From positions 1-52,923 of the IMG/VR virus record IMGVR_UViG_3300037852_000044: a stretch of 52,923 nt of DNA; one strand, written 5' to 3'. The DNA comes from a virus (lineage: Duplodnaviria > Caudoviricetes). The notes beneath the pieces are model-generated. The model was not told the DNA's origin, searched no databases, and worked only from the letters and a program-made list of their open reading frames with translations. Every line of letters starts with the position of its first letter. Within the stretch, counting starts at the first letter, position 1. Below, piece by piece: positions 18,670 to 27,903 of this stretch. A program made the translations under genes and the position numbers.

Positions 18670-18811
18670 CTGCCTTGCCTCGTCGGCGCGCCGGAGCGGC
18701 CGCGCCCGGTTCGCTCATCAGCGCGTCAATGTCTTTCCCGAACCATTCGTGGTCGCGTTGCCGCTCCGCAGCGGATTCGCGACGAATCGTCTCTAGTGGG
18801 TTCTCAGCCAC
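18653..18811 (-). CDS. Small hypothetical protein (52 aa, MAENPLETIRRE...)
   Basis: Manually translated; fills the gap; GAGGG SD. Confidence 0.45.
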   Translation of the reverse strand: MAENPLETIRRESAAERQRDHEWFGKDIDALMSEPGAAAPARRRGKAVDRKP

Positions 18812-18823
18812 AGCGGCACCCTC

Positions 18824-18961
18824 TCATCGGAGGACATTCGCGATCGCCTGCGCGTAGTCGCCATAGCCCGTCGCGGAAGGATGCACGATGATCTGCCCGG
18901 CATCGCCGTAACCGAGGACCGAGCGATTCATTAGGAGATAGATGCTGTCGCCGAGCGCCAT
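18824..18961 (-). pseudogene. 45-aa ORF resembling the C-terminal HP..GY helix of SGNH hydrolases (possible gene remnant)
   Basis: ...IIVHPSATGYGDYAQAIANVLR*. Confidence 0.35.
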
Positions 18962-18973
18962 GCCGTCCCTTCC

Positions 18974-19786
18974 CTACGATGTCGGAGCGTAGGAACCGGC
19001 GAACGTCGGCGCGTTACGCGCCTGATCCGGCGACCAAAACTGCGGCGACTGCTGCAACCCATTCGGGTTCACCATCGTGACCCACTTGTCGACGATGTCG
19101 ATGCCGGTCGTCTTCATCGCCTTCAAGATGTCGCGATTCACCGTCACCCCAGCACGGGTCACCGTCGTCGCGTTCGCCGGAACCTTGCACGCTTTGTCCC
19201 CGGCGAACTGCTTCGCGAACTCTTGCGCGAGCAACGCTGCAGCGACTTGCCCCATCGTCGGCGGCACGACGCCACGCGTATAGGTGACCGCCCAGGTGTT
19301 GATCGCGCCGAGAGCCGCGATGAGGTTCTGCGTGTCCGGCCACTGACCGCCGTCTTGCCGCACGAGATAGTTGCCCTCTTGCCGGAACAACGGCGGCGAA
19401 TCGGTGGGCAGCATAACCGTGTGAGCGCCGGTCGTCACGTCATAGATGTCAACTTGCTGAATCGAGACGACCGGCGCGACAAGCTCGACGAACTGCTTCA
19501 GCCCGAGACCGTTCTCGCGCGGATCGCCAGTGAACGGCCAACCGAGAGACCATAACGGCCCGTAGATCGACTGCAACCCGTAGGGGTAGTCATAGACGCT
19601 CAACACACGCGTCTGCGGCCGGTACACCGCCGGGAACGTGCCAAACTGCCGCGCGGTCAGCTCCCACAGCCATTCGATCGCGATCGCTTGCGCGGTCGCG
19701 ACGAGATCAATGTCGAGATCGTCCGGCGGATTGAACAGATCATCGGCGAGCGGCCACGAGAGGTCGCCTTCCGCGATGATCGTCAT
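18974..19786 (-). CDS. Head-to-tail adaptor
   Basis: LWELTARQFG, LVRQDGGQWP, TTVTRAGVT, TGIDIVDKWVTMVNP motifs. Confidence 0.8.
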   Translation of the reverse strand: MTIIAEGDLSWPLADDLFNPPDDLDIDLVATAQAIAIEWLWELTARQFGTFPAVYRPQTRVLSVYDYPYGLQSIYGPLWSLGWPFTGDPRENGLGLKQFVELVAPVVSIQQVDIYDVTTGAHTVMLPTDSPPLFRQEGNYLVRQDGGQWPDTQNLIAALGAINTWAVTYTRGVVPPTMGQVAAALLAQEFAKQFAGDKACKVPANATTVTRAGVTVNRDILKAMKTTGIDIVDKWVTMVNPNGLQQSPQFWSPDQARNAPTFAGSYAPTS

Positions 19787-19838
19787 GAGCCGCCCGCCTG
19801 CCTAGCGTCGTTACGGGATACCTGCGATGCGTAACTCG

Positions 19839-20063
19839 TTACAGGATGCCGACCCACGTCGCCGAGCCCGCGACGCCTGCGACGGTGCAGACGTAGAGCC
19901 GCTGATTCGTCGTGCCCGGCGTGTCGAGCCGCCAATACCGCTGACCGAGATACCCGGCGATCGTCGGAGCACCGGAGCCTTCCGGGTCGAGCTGCGCGTC
20001 GATCGACTGCGCGATATCGTCGTCGATCGCGAGACCGCTCGCAAGCAAGGTTGAACGAGGCAT
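19839..20063 (-). CDS. Small protein with a GSGAP..G..Y.R.D..LYV..W fibre-type motif
   Basis: Start MPRSTL with SD AGGAG. Confidence 0.55.
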   Translation of the reverse strand: MPRSTLLASGLAIDDDIAQSIDAQLDPEGSGAPTIAGYLGQRYWRLDTPGTTNQRLYVCTVAGVAGSATWVGIL

Positions 20064-20071
20064 GAAGGCTC

Positions 20072-20818
20072 CTAGTAGCTCGTCGGTAGGGTGATCGAGA
20101 TCGGGCCGGGCGTCGTGAACGCTGCCGGTGCCGGAACTTGCGTCAACTCGAAGTGACGGTGCGCCGCCGGGTCGACCGCGACAATTAGACGGCCCGGCGT
20201 CGGCGGCGGTCCGGCGGCTGTCGCAATCGGACCAGGGACCGATGAACCGTCGGTCGGCGAGTTGCCGTAAGGGCCGCGACCCCACGACGGGTTGCCGTAG
20301 CTCATGCCCTTGATCCAGCCCGTGACTTCCTTCTCAGTGATGTCGTCGAACTCGACATAGGACTGCCCGATCATCGGGTACAGCATGTAACCGGAGTAGG
20401 GCGAGTTCGCCGAGCACGGCGCGCCGGACGTTGACGTCCACACTTCGAGGGCGAAGTTCTGCGTGAGCTTGACGAGCGCCTTCTCTTCCCAGCCGGTAGC
20501 CGCGCCCGCGTAGTCGAGCACGAGCGGATCGCCGGAAAGCATCACGATCGCCGCCGGGTCGATCTTGATGAACTGGATCTCCGTCGCGAAGTGCGTCAGC
20601 GTCGCACGGCCCGGCTCGTATTCCTTGATCGTGCCGTCAGCACCGCGCACCTTGATCTCGGTGCCCATGTCCATGTTCTTGGTCTGCTTGATCATCACGA
20701 AGCCGTCGGTGACATACATCGAGTTCGTGATCTGCGGCATCCCGCATTGATCGACCAAGGTGAACCGCGCGACCCTGCCGCGAACGAGGCCGATTTGCTT
20801 GCTGACGAGTGCGGCCAT
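20072..20818 (-). CDS. Major tail protein
   Basis: RGRVARFTLVDQCG, FALEVW and WGRGPY motifs; synteny. Confidence 0.8.
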   Translation of the reverse strand: MAALVSKQIGLVRGRVARFTLVDQCGMPQITNSMYVTDGFVMIKQTKNMDMGTEIKVRGADGTIKEYEPGRATLTHFATEIQFIKIDPAAIVMLSGDPLVLDYAGAATGWEEKALVKLTQNFALEVWTSTSGAPCSANSPYSGYMLYPMIGQSYVEFDDITEKEVTGWIKGMSYGNPSWGRGPYGNSPTDGSSVPGPIATAAGPPPTPGRLIVAVDPAAHRHFELTQVPAPAAFTTPGPISITLPTSY

Positions 20819-20844
20819 GCCGGGTGCCTCCTAGTTGCGGTGAC

Positions 20845-20903
20845 GCCCGGCCCATAGCCAGCGGCTTGCTGTGCTCGATGCTGAGCCTAACGGCCCAGGT
20901 ATT
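20845..20903 (-). promoter_or_regulatory. Late promoter plus conserved 5'-UTR element of the major tail gene
   Basis: AATACC-N8-TAGGCT (20884-20903); GCCGCTGGCTATGGGCCGGGC (20845-20865). Confidence 0.6.
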
Positions 20904-20908
20904 GCGAT

Positions 20909-21244
20909 CTACCTCTTCGCGGCGGTCCGCTTCGCAGGCGCGGCAGCCGCCGGGGCTGCCCCCGTGTCCTCTTCGACATCAGCTTCGGGCAGCTTGGCCT
21001 TCTTGGCGATGTCAGCCGGTACGAGGAAGTTGCCGTCGCTCGTCTTGATCTCATGCTCACGATCCGGCCCGGCAGCGTCGAGAAGCGCCTGCGCGGTCTC
21101 GGTGCCTTTCCCGGCAGCCGGGAAGACTTCGACGAGTTCGACATCGTCGACCGGCGCGGCGTGCGGCATCGAGCCAGCTTCGGCCGGGTCCCACGTTCCG
21201 GATGGGTCGATCTCCGCGACAGTCTTCGCGTCAAACTCGGCCAT
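20909..21244 (-). CDS. Hypothetical acidic virion-region protein
   Basis: AQALLDAA..GNFLVP motif; SD AGGAG. Confidence 0.7.
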   Translation of the reverse strand: MAEFDAKTVAEIDPSGTWDPAEAGSMPHAAPVDDVELVEVFPAAGKGTETAQALLDAAGPDREHEIKTSDGNFLVPADIAKKAKLPEADVEEDTGAAPAAAAPAKRTAAKR

Positions 21245-21252
21245 GAGAACTC

Positions 21253-22101
21253 CTAGAGGGTGAGATCGACGAGCGCGGCGGCGACCGCGTAATCGTAGGT
21301 GATGAGGTACTCCTGCTCGGCGATGATGTGGACCGTGTTCAGCGTCTTCACGATCGCCTGTTCGAGTGTCGGCTCACGCGGCTCGCCGCGAAGCAGCACG
21401 ACGCCGCCGGTCGCATAGATCCACGTCTGACCGGCCGACGGGACGACCGCGTTCGGCCCGGTGCCGTCATAACCGGCACCGAAGATCCACCGCGTGCCGC
21501 CCGGCGTCGACACGACGCGCGGATCGAGATCGTAGGTGTCCTTGACGAGATGAGCTGACCCGGCGATCGCAGAGACGCCGCGCTTGGCGTGAATGAAGCC
21601 GCGCCCGTTGTAGTTATCGCCGAGCCAGTCTTCGAGGATGCGCAGAGCGGTCGAGACCTTCGATGCGGTAGCGCCGCCTGTCGGGATCGTCGTCGTTGAT
21701 GCGTTGAGCCCCGGTGCGTTGCCGCCGCCGCCGGTCCACAGCGCGTTCTCTGCGGCGTGCTGCCCGGACAGTTCGAGGACACGCAGCGCGCGCGCTTCAT
21801 GCTCGGCGGCCGTGTAGCCGACGACGCCGCATTCGATTCCGGCGTAGACAGCGAACGGCAACGCATGCGTGCGCGGGTTCGCCGACGGCAGCGTCTTGCT
21901 TCCGCCTGCGCCTCCGGCAGCGTTGATCCCCACCGGGTAGAACTGCCCCTGATAGCCGCCGAGCGAATCGAACTCGATACCGCCGTATTCCCAATGACCA
22001 TCGACCCCGGTGAGCGGCGTCGCGGCATGAAACAGGCCGAACGGTCGCTCTTCAATGTCCGGTGGCTCGATGTAGACGTAGGGATGGATCGTCTGCACCA
22101 T
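21253..22101 (-). CDS. Minor capsid / decoration protein
   Basis: Directly after the capsid gene; PFAVYAG, TPGGTRWIFGAGY and WIYATG motifs. Confidence 0.7.
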   Translation of the reverse strand: MVQTIHPYVYIEPPDIEERPFGLFHAATPLTGVDGHWEYGGIEFDSLGGYQGQFYPVGINAAGGAGGSKTLPSANPRTHALPFAVYAGIECGVVGYTAAEHEARALRVLELSGQHAAENALWTGGGGNAPGLNASTTTIPTGGATASKVSTALRILEDWLGDNYNGRGFIHAKRGVSAIAGSAHLVKDTYDLDPRVVSTPGGTRWIFGAGYDGTGPNAVVPSAGQTWIYATGGVVLLRGEPREPTLEQAIVKTLNTVHIIAEQEYLITYDYAVAAALVDLTL

Positions 22102-22126
22102 GGCGGCGTTCTCCTTTCCTGATCAA

Positions 22127-22158
22127 CCTCCGGCGAGTGGCGGGGCGCTCGCCGGAGG
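22127..22158 (-). terminator. Hairpin/terminator after the major capsid gene
   Basis: CCTCCGGCGAG...CTCGCCGGAGG 11-bp stem. Confidence 0.6.
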
Positions 22159-22173
22159 CCGTCGAGGGTTCGA

Positions 22174-24003
22174 CTAGATCGTCGGCTGGTTCGCCGAGAG
22201 GGTGTAGTCGACACCGAGAGCCGTCGTGCCGGAGATGACGACCGGCACCTTGACGTAGCGCGCATCCCAGATGCGCTTCAAGGTAAGCCGCGACCGCTCC
22301 ATGAAGAGCAGCACGAACTGGTTCGTCGTCAGCAGCGTCGAGTCATACACCGCCGACAGTTCGATCACATCGGACTGCGCCTTGACGAACGTCCCCTGCG
22401 GGTACACGAGGTAGAACAGGTTCGCGGGCCACGCGGTCGGCGGTGTCGCAGCACCGAAGCCACCCGAGACGCCTGTGAACGCGTCCTGCCAGTCATAGAC
22501 CCACTGCACGTTCGCGCCGCGCACCGTGAGGTAGCTCTCGATCTCGGCGTCGCTGATGCCCTGACCGTTCTCGACGCCGAGGCGCTTCGCGAGGTCAGAC
22601 CGCAAGATGCCCTTCGCGAAGTGCGGCAGGACGACTTCGACCATCTCCGTCAGTGACAGCCGGTTCTTGTACCGGACATCGGTGACTTCGAGTTCCAGCG
22701 AGCCGAGCAGCGTCGACGTGACCGAGAGATTCGCGCCGTGAACAGCGGTGAAGTCGACCGCTGTGCTCAGCGCGACTTGATCGGCGATCGCGGCCGCGTT
22801 CACGTAGTGATCGAACGCGATCAGCGACTTCTCCAAATAGTCGGCATACGCCTCGGGGTAGCCCTTCTGGCTCAGAATGTCGCCGGTCAGATACAGGCCG
22901 TCGACGAGCAGACGGTTGTCGGTGAACGCCGGGCACGGCACGTTCACGATCGGCTTCACCGATCCGGCGATCGCCTGCGCTTCAGTCTTCGTGAAGTTCT
23001 GGCCGGAGTTGTAGACGGCCGTGAAGTCCGGTCCGAGGGTGTACCGGACACCGCCCCGCACGACGGTCATCGACGGGACGTCGAGGATGCCGTCGCGGGT
23101 CATCTTGTTCACGAGGTCATACAGCGTCTCGGACGGTGAGCACCAGCCGCCAGCGGCGGTGAGAGTGTCTTCGCCGGTCTCTTCCTTCAGCCGGTCCATC
23201 GAGCATGCCCACTCGATCTGAGCGCTGATGTCGACGAAGCCTTCACCGCTAGCAGCGGATGCGACGAGCCGCTCATCATTCGTCGGGATGATGACCTTGC
23301 CGAGCGGTAGGTGCGCGGGCTGCCCGCCTTCGCGCTGCGGCAGCGACGAGAACCGCTTCTCAGCGATCACGCCGAGCTGATCGAAGTCGATGCGCTGGCC
23401 CATCTCCGCGACGTTGCCGACGCTCGTCGATGCGACGAGATGCGCCTGAGCGTCGCCTCGGGGCACCGGACGCTGCCGGATCGCCGGAGGCCGCCCGGCG
23501 ACCGCTGCCGCCGCGACCGCCGAGCGGCGACCGGCACCAGCGACGAGCAGCGGCTCCGCTAGTGGTGCTTGCGCCGCCGGGTCGCCAGCGATTTGAACGC
23601 CGTTCCCTTCCGCTTGTGCTTTCGCGGATGCTTCGGCCTCTTCCTTTTCGCGTGCTTCACGGGCCGCTTTTTCCTCGTCGCTCTCAATACCATTCGAGCC
23701 TCCGGCATCATCGGCCTTCGGAGCGAGCTTCGCGCGCGCCGCGTCGAGTTCGGCCTGCTCGGCGACACTGTCAGCGACGATCGTGTCCTGACGGGTCTCC
23801 ATCGCGGCGATCGCGTCGGCGTACCAGTTCGCCTTCGCGACATTCTCGCGGATCGAACCCTTCGCGCCTTCAGCGAGCAGCGCGTTCGCGTCGGCCCGCG
23901 TCTGCTCGATCATCGCCGTCAGTTCCTCGACGGATGCATCTTCCGGAGCGACATACGGCGCGGTCAGATCGGCGGGAAGATCAATCTTCGGACGACGAGG
24001 CAT
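22174..24003 (-). CDS. Major capsid protein with N-terminal scaffold-like region
   Basis: LTAAGGWCSPSETLYD, DGILDVP, QWVYDWQ and VYDS motifs of actinophage capsids. Confidence 0.9.
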   Translation of the reverse strand: MPRRPKIDLPADLTAPYVAPEDASVEELTAMIEQTRADANALLAEGAKGSIRENVAKANWYADAIAAMETRQDTIVADSVAEQAELDAARAKLAPKADDAGGSNGIESDEEKAAREAREKEEAEASAKAQAEGNGVQIAGDPAAQAPLAEPLLVAGAGRRSAVAAAAVAGRPPAIRQRPVPRGDAQAHLVASTSVGNVAEMGQRIDFDQLGVIAEKRFSSLPQREGGQPAHLPLGKVIIPTNDERLVASAASGEGFVDISAQIEWACSMDRLKEETGEDTLTAAGGWCSPSETLYDLVNKMTRDGILDVPSMTVVRGGVRYTLGPDFTAVYNSGQNFTKTEAQAIAGSVKPIVNVPCPAFTDNRLLVDGLYLTGDILSQKGYPEAYADYLEKSLIAFDHYVNAAAIADQVALSTAVDFTAVHGANLSVTSTLLGSLELEVTDVRYKNRLSLTEMVEVVLPHFAKGILRSDLAKRLGVENGQGISDAEIESYLTVRGANVQWVYDWQDAFTGVSGGFGAATPPTAWPANLFYLVYPQGTFVKAQSDVIELSAVYDSTLLTTNQFVLLFMERSRLTLKRIWDARYVKVPVVISGTTALGVDYTLSANQPTI

Positions 24004-24008
24004 TGCGG

Positions 24009-24091
24009 GCTCCTACGGTCGGTGAGTGGTCTCTGCCCGGCCCGTAGCCAGCGGCGCTTGCTCTCGTGCGAATCCTAAGGAACTTGGTCTA
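24009..24091 (-). promoter_or_regulatory. Late promoter plus conserved 5'-UTR element of the major capsid gene
   Basis: TAGACC-N8-TAGGAT (24072-24091); conserved element at 24030-24056; SD AGGAG. Confidence 0.7.
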
Positions 24092-24259
24092 ACGGCCCGG
24101 TTGACGCTTCGTCGCTTTGAGGATGACTCCGCGACCGCCGAGCTTCGTCTGCTCGATCAGCGCCTCATGCTGCGAGGCGAACTCGCGCACTTCCTCACCG
24201 ATGACGCGGAGCTGCCAGACCGTCGTGTAACCGTTCGGCGGCTGGCCGCAACACGGCAC
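24089..24259 (-). CDS. Small protein MPCCGQPPNG... (56 aa) between the protease and capsid genes
   Basis: Manually translated; N-terminal Cys cluster; fills the gap exactly. Confidence 0.6.
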   Translation of the reverse strand: MPCCGQPPNGYTTVWQLRVIGEEVREFASQHEALIEQTKLGGRGVILKATKRQPGR

Positions 24260-24262
24260 AGC

Positions 24263-27200
24263 TCAGCCCGCCGAGCGGTTCCGGCGCGCCGCGAGATCGA
24301 CGCGTAGCCGTGCTCGGCGGATCGCTAACTCATCCTCGGTATCGATCGGCTTGCGGTTCATCACTTCGATTGCCGCCGCCGTCAAAGCTTGGAAGTCATC
24401 AATGCCGATCGTGCGGCCGGACGGCAGCGTGATCTCATGCAGCGACCGGCCTTCGGGGATTTCGAGCACGCCCGCCGCGACGAGCGATATCTGACTATCG
24501 CCGCTCATACCCACGACAGGTCGACGTACCGGGAACCCCGGTGTGTTGACCGCGAGCGCGGCAACGAGCCGGAGATGCCCGTCGAGTCCACGCCAGTCGC
24601 CGGAGATCGGCGAGCGCATGAGTTCCTCGATCTTCGCGGCGGGCGTGTCGTGAATGAGTTGACCGGCGATCTGGATGCCGTAATCGTCCTCATAGGCGCG
24701 GACGACCGCGACAGCGGTCGCGGTGTTGTCATAGTGCGCGAGCGCGGCGCGCATCCCGCCGCGTCCGGCATGTCCAGCGCCGAGCGTGATCTTGCCGACG
24801 TCGAGCAGACCTTCGTCGGTCTGCACCGGAGCAAGGTGGAAGTAGCTGTAATCGCCGCCTGGCGCGGGCGGGGCGGTGACGCATTTGCCTTCCATGATCT
24901 TGCCCGTGTGGCATTCGCCCCACGTCGCGAGATGCCCGAACACTTCGCCGGTCTCAGCGTTCACCGTCAGCGGCGTCGGACCCGGCAGTGTGTGCTGCCG
25001 GAAGTGCTTCGCGGTATACGGCCGGATCTCCGACGAAGCGAGCAGCGCGGACTCACTGCCGTCCATGCCGGGCTTGCCCGCCTCGTCCGGTACTGGGATG
25101 AGCCGTCCGACGTCAAGCGTCATGTCAGGTGGTTGCGTGCCGTCGCTGAGCGCATCCGGTGTGACGCTGACCGTGTTGTCGGTCGCGTTGATCTCTGAGA
25201 TGACGCCGGTCGCCGTAGCACCGTCCGAGCCGGTCCACGCGACCGGGTCGCCCACTCCGGCAGTGCTGCCGTCATCGAGAGCGACGCTCGTGCCGTCATC
25301 GCTGATCGTTGTCTTCTCCGGTGTCGCGCCTGCGAATGCCGCCGGGCCGCTCGGTCCGCTCACGATAGGTGCCTCCGTCGGTGCCGGGTTGATCGTCGTG
25401 CCGGGCAATGCCGGTACTTCATTCGTGATCCGCGCGTCAGCGAAGCTCGCGAAGCTCAGGATCGTCGCGCCGCCAAGCTCCCACGTCAGAGCAACTTCGG
25501 CGATGTCGGCGTCGAAGACCATCAGCGCCGGATCGACCGGCGCGCCGGTCTCAGCGTCGGCGTAGCCGATTTCATGCACCGCGAGATCGACGGAGATGAA
25601 ACCCATCCCAGCGTCGACTTGCGCCATTGCTTGCGCGGCGTCGAAGTTCAGATTCGGGTCGAGCCAGTCGCCGGACGCCCACAACTGGCTGCCACGGATC
25701 TCGACGGCGAGGATGCGACCGACCATGACCGCGCCGACATGCCCGAACTCGGCGTCCTTCTCTTGCCACTTCAACGGCTGCGGCAACGGCCGCACGGTGC
25801 CGCCGGTAGAGCTGATGACACGGCCGTCGCTGCTCGGCGTGTCGAGCAGCGCGATCGGGCCAGACCAAGTGATGCCTTCCGGTTCGAGCGCCTCCGGCGG
25901 CACACTCTCAGCCGGGGTATCGCCGCCGGTCGCCTCAGGTGCCGGAGCCGTGCTCGGTGCAGTCACAGGTGCCTCCGTTGCGGCGGTCATCGCGTCGCTG
26001 CCAGTATCGCCGGGCGAGTCCAGCGCGCCGTCGCCCGCCGCGACGATCTGCTGGCCGCCCCAGCCGACGATCAGACGGTTGAAGCTGATCTCACCGAGCA
26101 TCGAATCCGGTATGACGCTCGGGTCCGAACCGTATGCGACGGCGACGTGCGGTATCCAGATCGGGAACGTGTCGGACTCCGCGAGGCCGCACTGCGTGAG
26201 CGCCGCCGCTACCTGTTCGTGGATCTGCGATAACGCCTCGGATTGCACGAGCAGCACCGCGCACGGCTCGCGCTCATCGCTCGCCGGGTTGAAGTGTGCC
26301 GTCGCGAACGCGTCGGCGGTGATCTCCGGTTTGAGCATCGAGAGCGCTGTGATGAGCGCGGCTTGCTGCTGCGGCGTGTAGCTCGTTGCTGGTTCGGCGA
26401 GATAGGCGAGTGTGCAGTGAAAGCCCGGCGGGTCCGGTGTCGGCACGCCCGGCAGTGTCCGGAGCGCGCTGTCATCGCCTGCGCCGAGTCCGAGCATGAC
26501 GGCGACGCCGGTTTGAGCAGCGGCAGCGGGTGCGCCCAGTCCCTCTCTGCTGTCAAACGCTGTGAGGCCCGCGTTTATCTGGGACTCGGCCGCTGCTGCC
26601 GTCATGTTCGTGTCGGCTTGATCGGTGAGATCGGCTTCGGTCTGATCGGCTTCACTCCCACCGTTATCCCCAGAGTTATCCCCACTTGTGGATACGTCGG
26701 GGAACGCATAGGTGAGGGTGCATCGGCAATTACAGACCTGAGCCGCGCCGCCCGCCGGATCACCAGGCCCGTTCATCTCATCGCCGCCGACGTCGAACAT
26801 CTCGCTTAGCCCGACGGTCGTCCCGTCGACGTCGACATGGTCCTGTCGGGTGAGGGAATCCTCGGTCGCGAGCCATGTCTTCTCCCCGGCCATGTTCTCG
26901 CTGTCGGCGATCGCGCTCATTGAGGCGAGGCTGCCCTGATTGTTCGCGCCGACGGTCTCCGTGCGTGCGATGAGATCCGCGCGGTTCGCCCAGCTCGGGT
27001 AACCGTTGTCGAGCATGTTCTGCACCAGCCAGCTCGCATCAGAGACGCTCGTGCCGCGCGTCGCAGCGGCCGCTTCGAGTTGAGTCCGGAGTTGTGACGT
27101 GATCGAGTCCGGAATGTTGACTAGCTCTTGACGGCGCGAGGCGAGCCAGTCATTGCGCCACGTCACGAGCGAGTCCTGCACGCCGGGCCGCGCCATACCC

Positions 27201-27523
27201 GCTTGCAAGATCGGGATGAGCTGCGCTTTGAGCGCGGGCATGATCGTCCGGTCGAGAATGTCACCGAACAGGCCGCCCTGATCTAGCTCGTCGAGCAGCG
27301 CGGCCGCGTCCTCATCGGTGAAGTCGTCGCCGGAGCCGTCATCGACCGGCGCGGCAGCGGTGAGCACTTTCGAGCGTGCCGCATGCTTCCGCAAGATCGA
27401 CAGGTAATCATTGATCGCCTGCTCGACGTGCGGCCGCAGCTCCGCTTCGCCTTTCGCGAACCGCGACCACGCCTGCCGGGCGAACACGGCGCGACGCTGC
27501 GCGGTCATCGCGACGCGGCTCAT
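24263..27523 (-). CDS. MuF-like head morphogenesis / 2H phosphoesterase / capsid maturation protease fusion
   Basis: IARTE, KTWLAT..TRQDH and CNCRC (MuF); HCTLAY and PHVAVAY (2H); SSDGR..PLP..H..VGRI..SVD (protease); GHLATWGECH and SGDWR C-terminal domain. Confidence 0.85.
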   Translation of the reverse strand: MSRVAMTAQRRAVFARQAWSRFAKGEAELRPHVEQAINDYLSILRKHAARSKVLTAAAPVDDGSGDDFTDEDAAALLDELDQGGLFGDILDRTIMPALKAQLIPILQAGMARPGVQDSLVTWRNDWLASRRQELVNIPDSITSQLRTQLEAAAATRGTSVSDASWLVQNMLDNGYPSWANRADLIARTETVGANNQGSLASMSAIADSENMAGEKTWLATEDSLTRQDHVDVDGTTVGLSEMFDVGGDEMNGPGDPAGGAAQVCNCRCTLTYAFPDVSTSGDNSGDNGGSEADQTEADLTDQADTNMTAAAAESQINAGLTAFDSREGLGAPAAAAQTGVAVMLGLGAGDDSALRTLPGVPTPDPPGFHCTLAYLAEPATSYTPQQQAALITALSMLKPEITADAFATAHFNPASDEREPCAVLLVQSEALSQIHEQVAAALTQCGLAESDTFPIWIPHVAVAYGSDPSVIPDSMLGEISFNRLIVGWGGQQIVAAGDGALDSPGDTGSDAMTAATEAPVTAPSTAPAPEATGGDTPAESVPPEALEPEGITWSGPIALLDTPSSDGRVISSTGGTVRPLPQPLKWQEKDAEFGHVGAVMVGRILAVEIRGSQLWASGDWLDPNLNFDAAQAMAQVDAGMGFISVDLAVHEIGYADAETGAPVDPALMVFDADIAEVALTWELGGATILSFASFADARITNEVPALPGTTINPAPTEAPIVSGPSGPAAFAGATPEKTTISDDGTSVALDDGSTAGVGDPVAWTGSDGATATGVISEINATDNTVSVTPDALSDGTQPPDMTLDVGRLIPVPDEAGKPGMDGSESALLASSEIRPYTAKHFRQHTLPGPTPLTVNAETGEVFGHLATWGECHTGKIMEGKCVTAPPAPGGDYSYFHLAPVQTDEGLLDVGKITLGAGHAGRGGMRAALAHYDNTATAVAVVRAYEDDYGIQIAGQLIHDTPAAKIEELMRSPISGDWRGLDGHLRLVAALAVNTPGFPVRRPVVGMSGDSQISLVAAGVLEIPEGRSLHEITLPSGRTIGIDDFQALTAAAIEVMNRKPIDTEDELAIRRARLRVDLAARRNRSAG

Positions 27524-27903
27524 ACGGCCCGCCTGATACCGGGCTCGAAGTCACGGACGCCGACGGCCGCCGCGAGAATCGGACTCAGCCGCGTCGCGGC
27601 ATGCGGCATGCTCATCAGCAGCAATGAACGGGTGTAGGAATCCAGAGTGCCGACCCACACGTCGACGTCGACGCCGAGCTGATGCCGCGAGCACAACGCC
27701 GGGCAGAGCGTCCATGCGTCGGCGAGCGCGGCTTCGATCTTCTCTTCACTGATCGACACCAGCTCGTAAGCCCGGTGTCGGTCGCGCATCGGGACGTACT
27801 TCGTCCGGCGCGAGATCGACCGCGAGTATGCCCGCTGACACGCCGTCATCACCAGCACGTCGGAGACCGCGAGCAGCACATCGAAGCGGTGCCGCCCGGT
27901 CAT
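27520..27903 (-). CDS. Hypothetical protein between portal and MuF
   Basis: ATGA overlaps at both ends. Confidence 0.75.
   Translation of the reverse strand: MTGRHRFDVLLAVSDVLVMTACQRAYSRSISRRTKYVPMRDRHRAYELVSISEEKIEAALADAWTLCPALCSRHQLGVDVDVWVGTLDSYTRSLLLMSMPHAATRLSPILAAAVGVRDFEPGIRRAV

Noticed and set aside
24089-24262. ncRNA or tRNA in the gap upstream of the capsid gene
   Set aside because: The gap is filled by a 56-aa ORF (24089..24259). No tRNA cloverleaf was noticed anywhere in the genome, though tRNAscan was not run.
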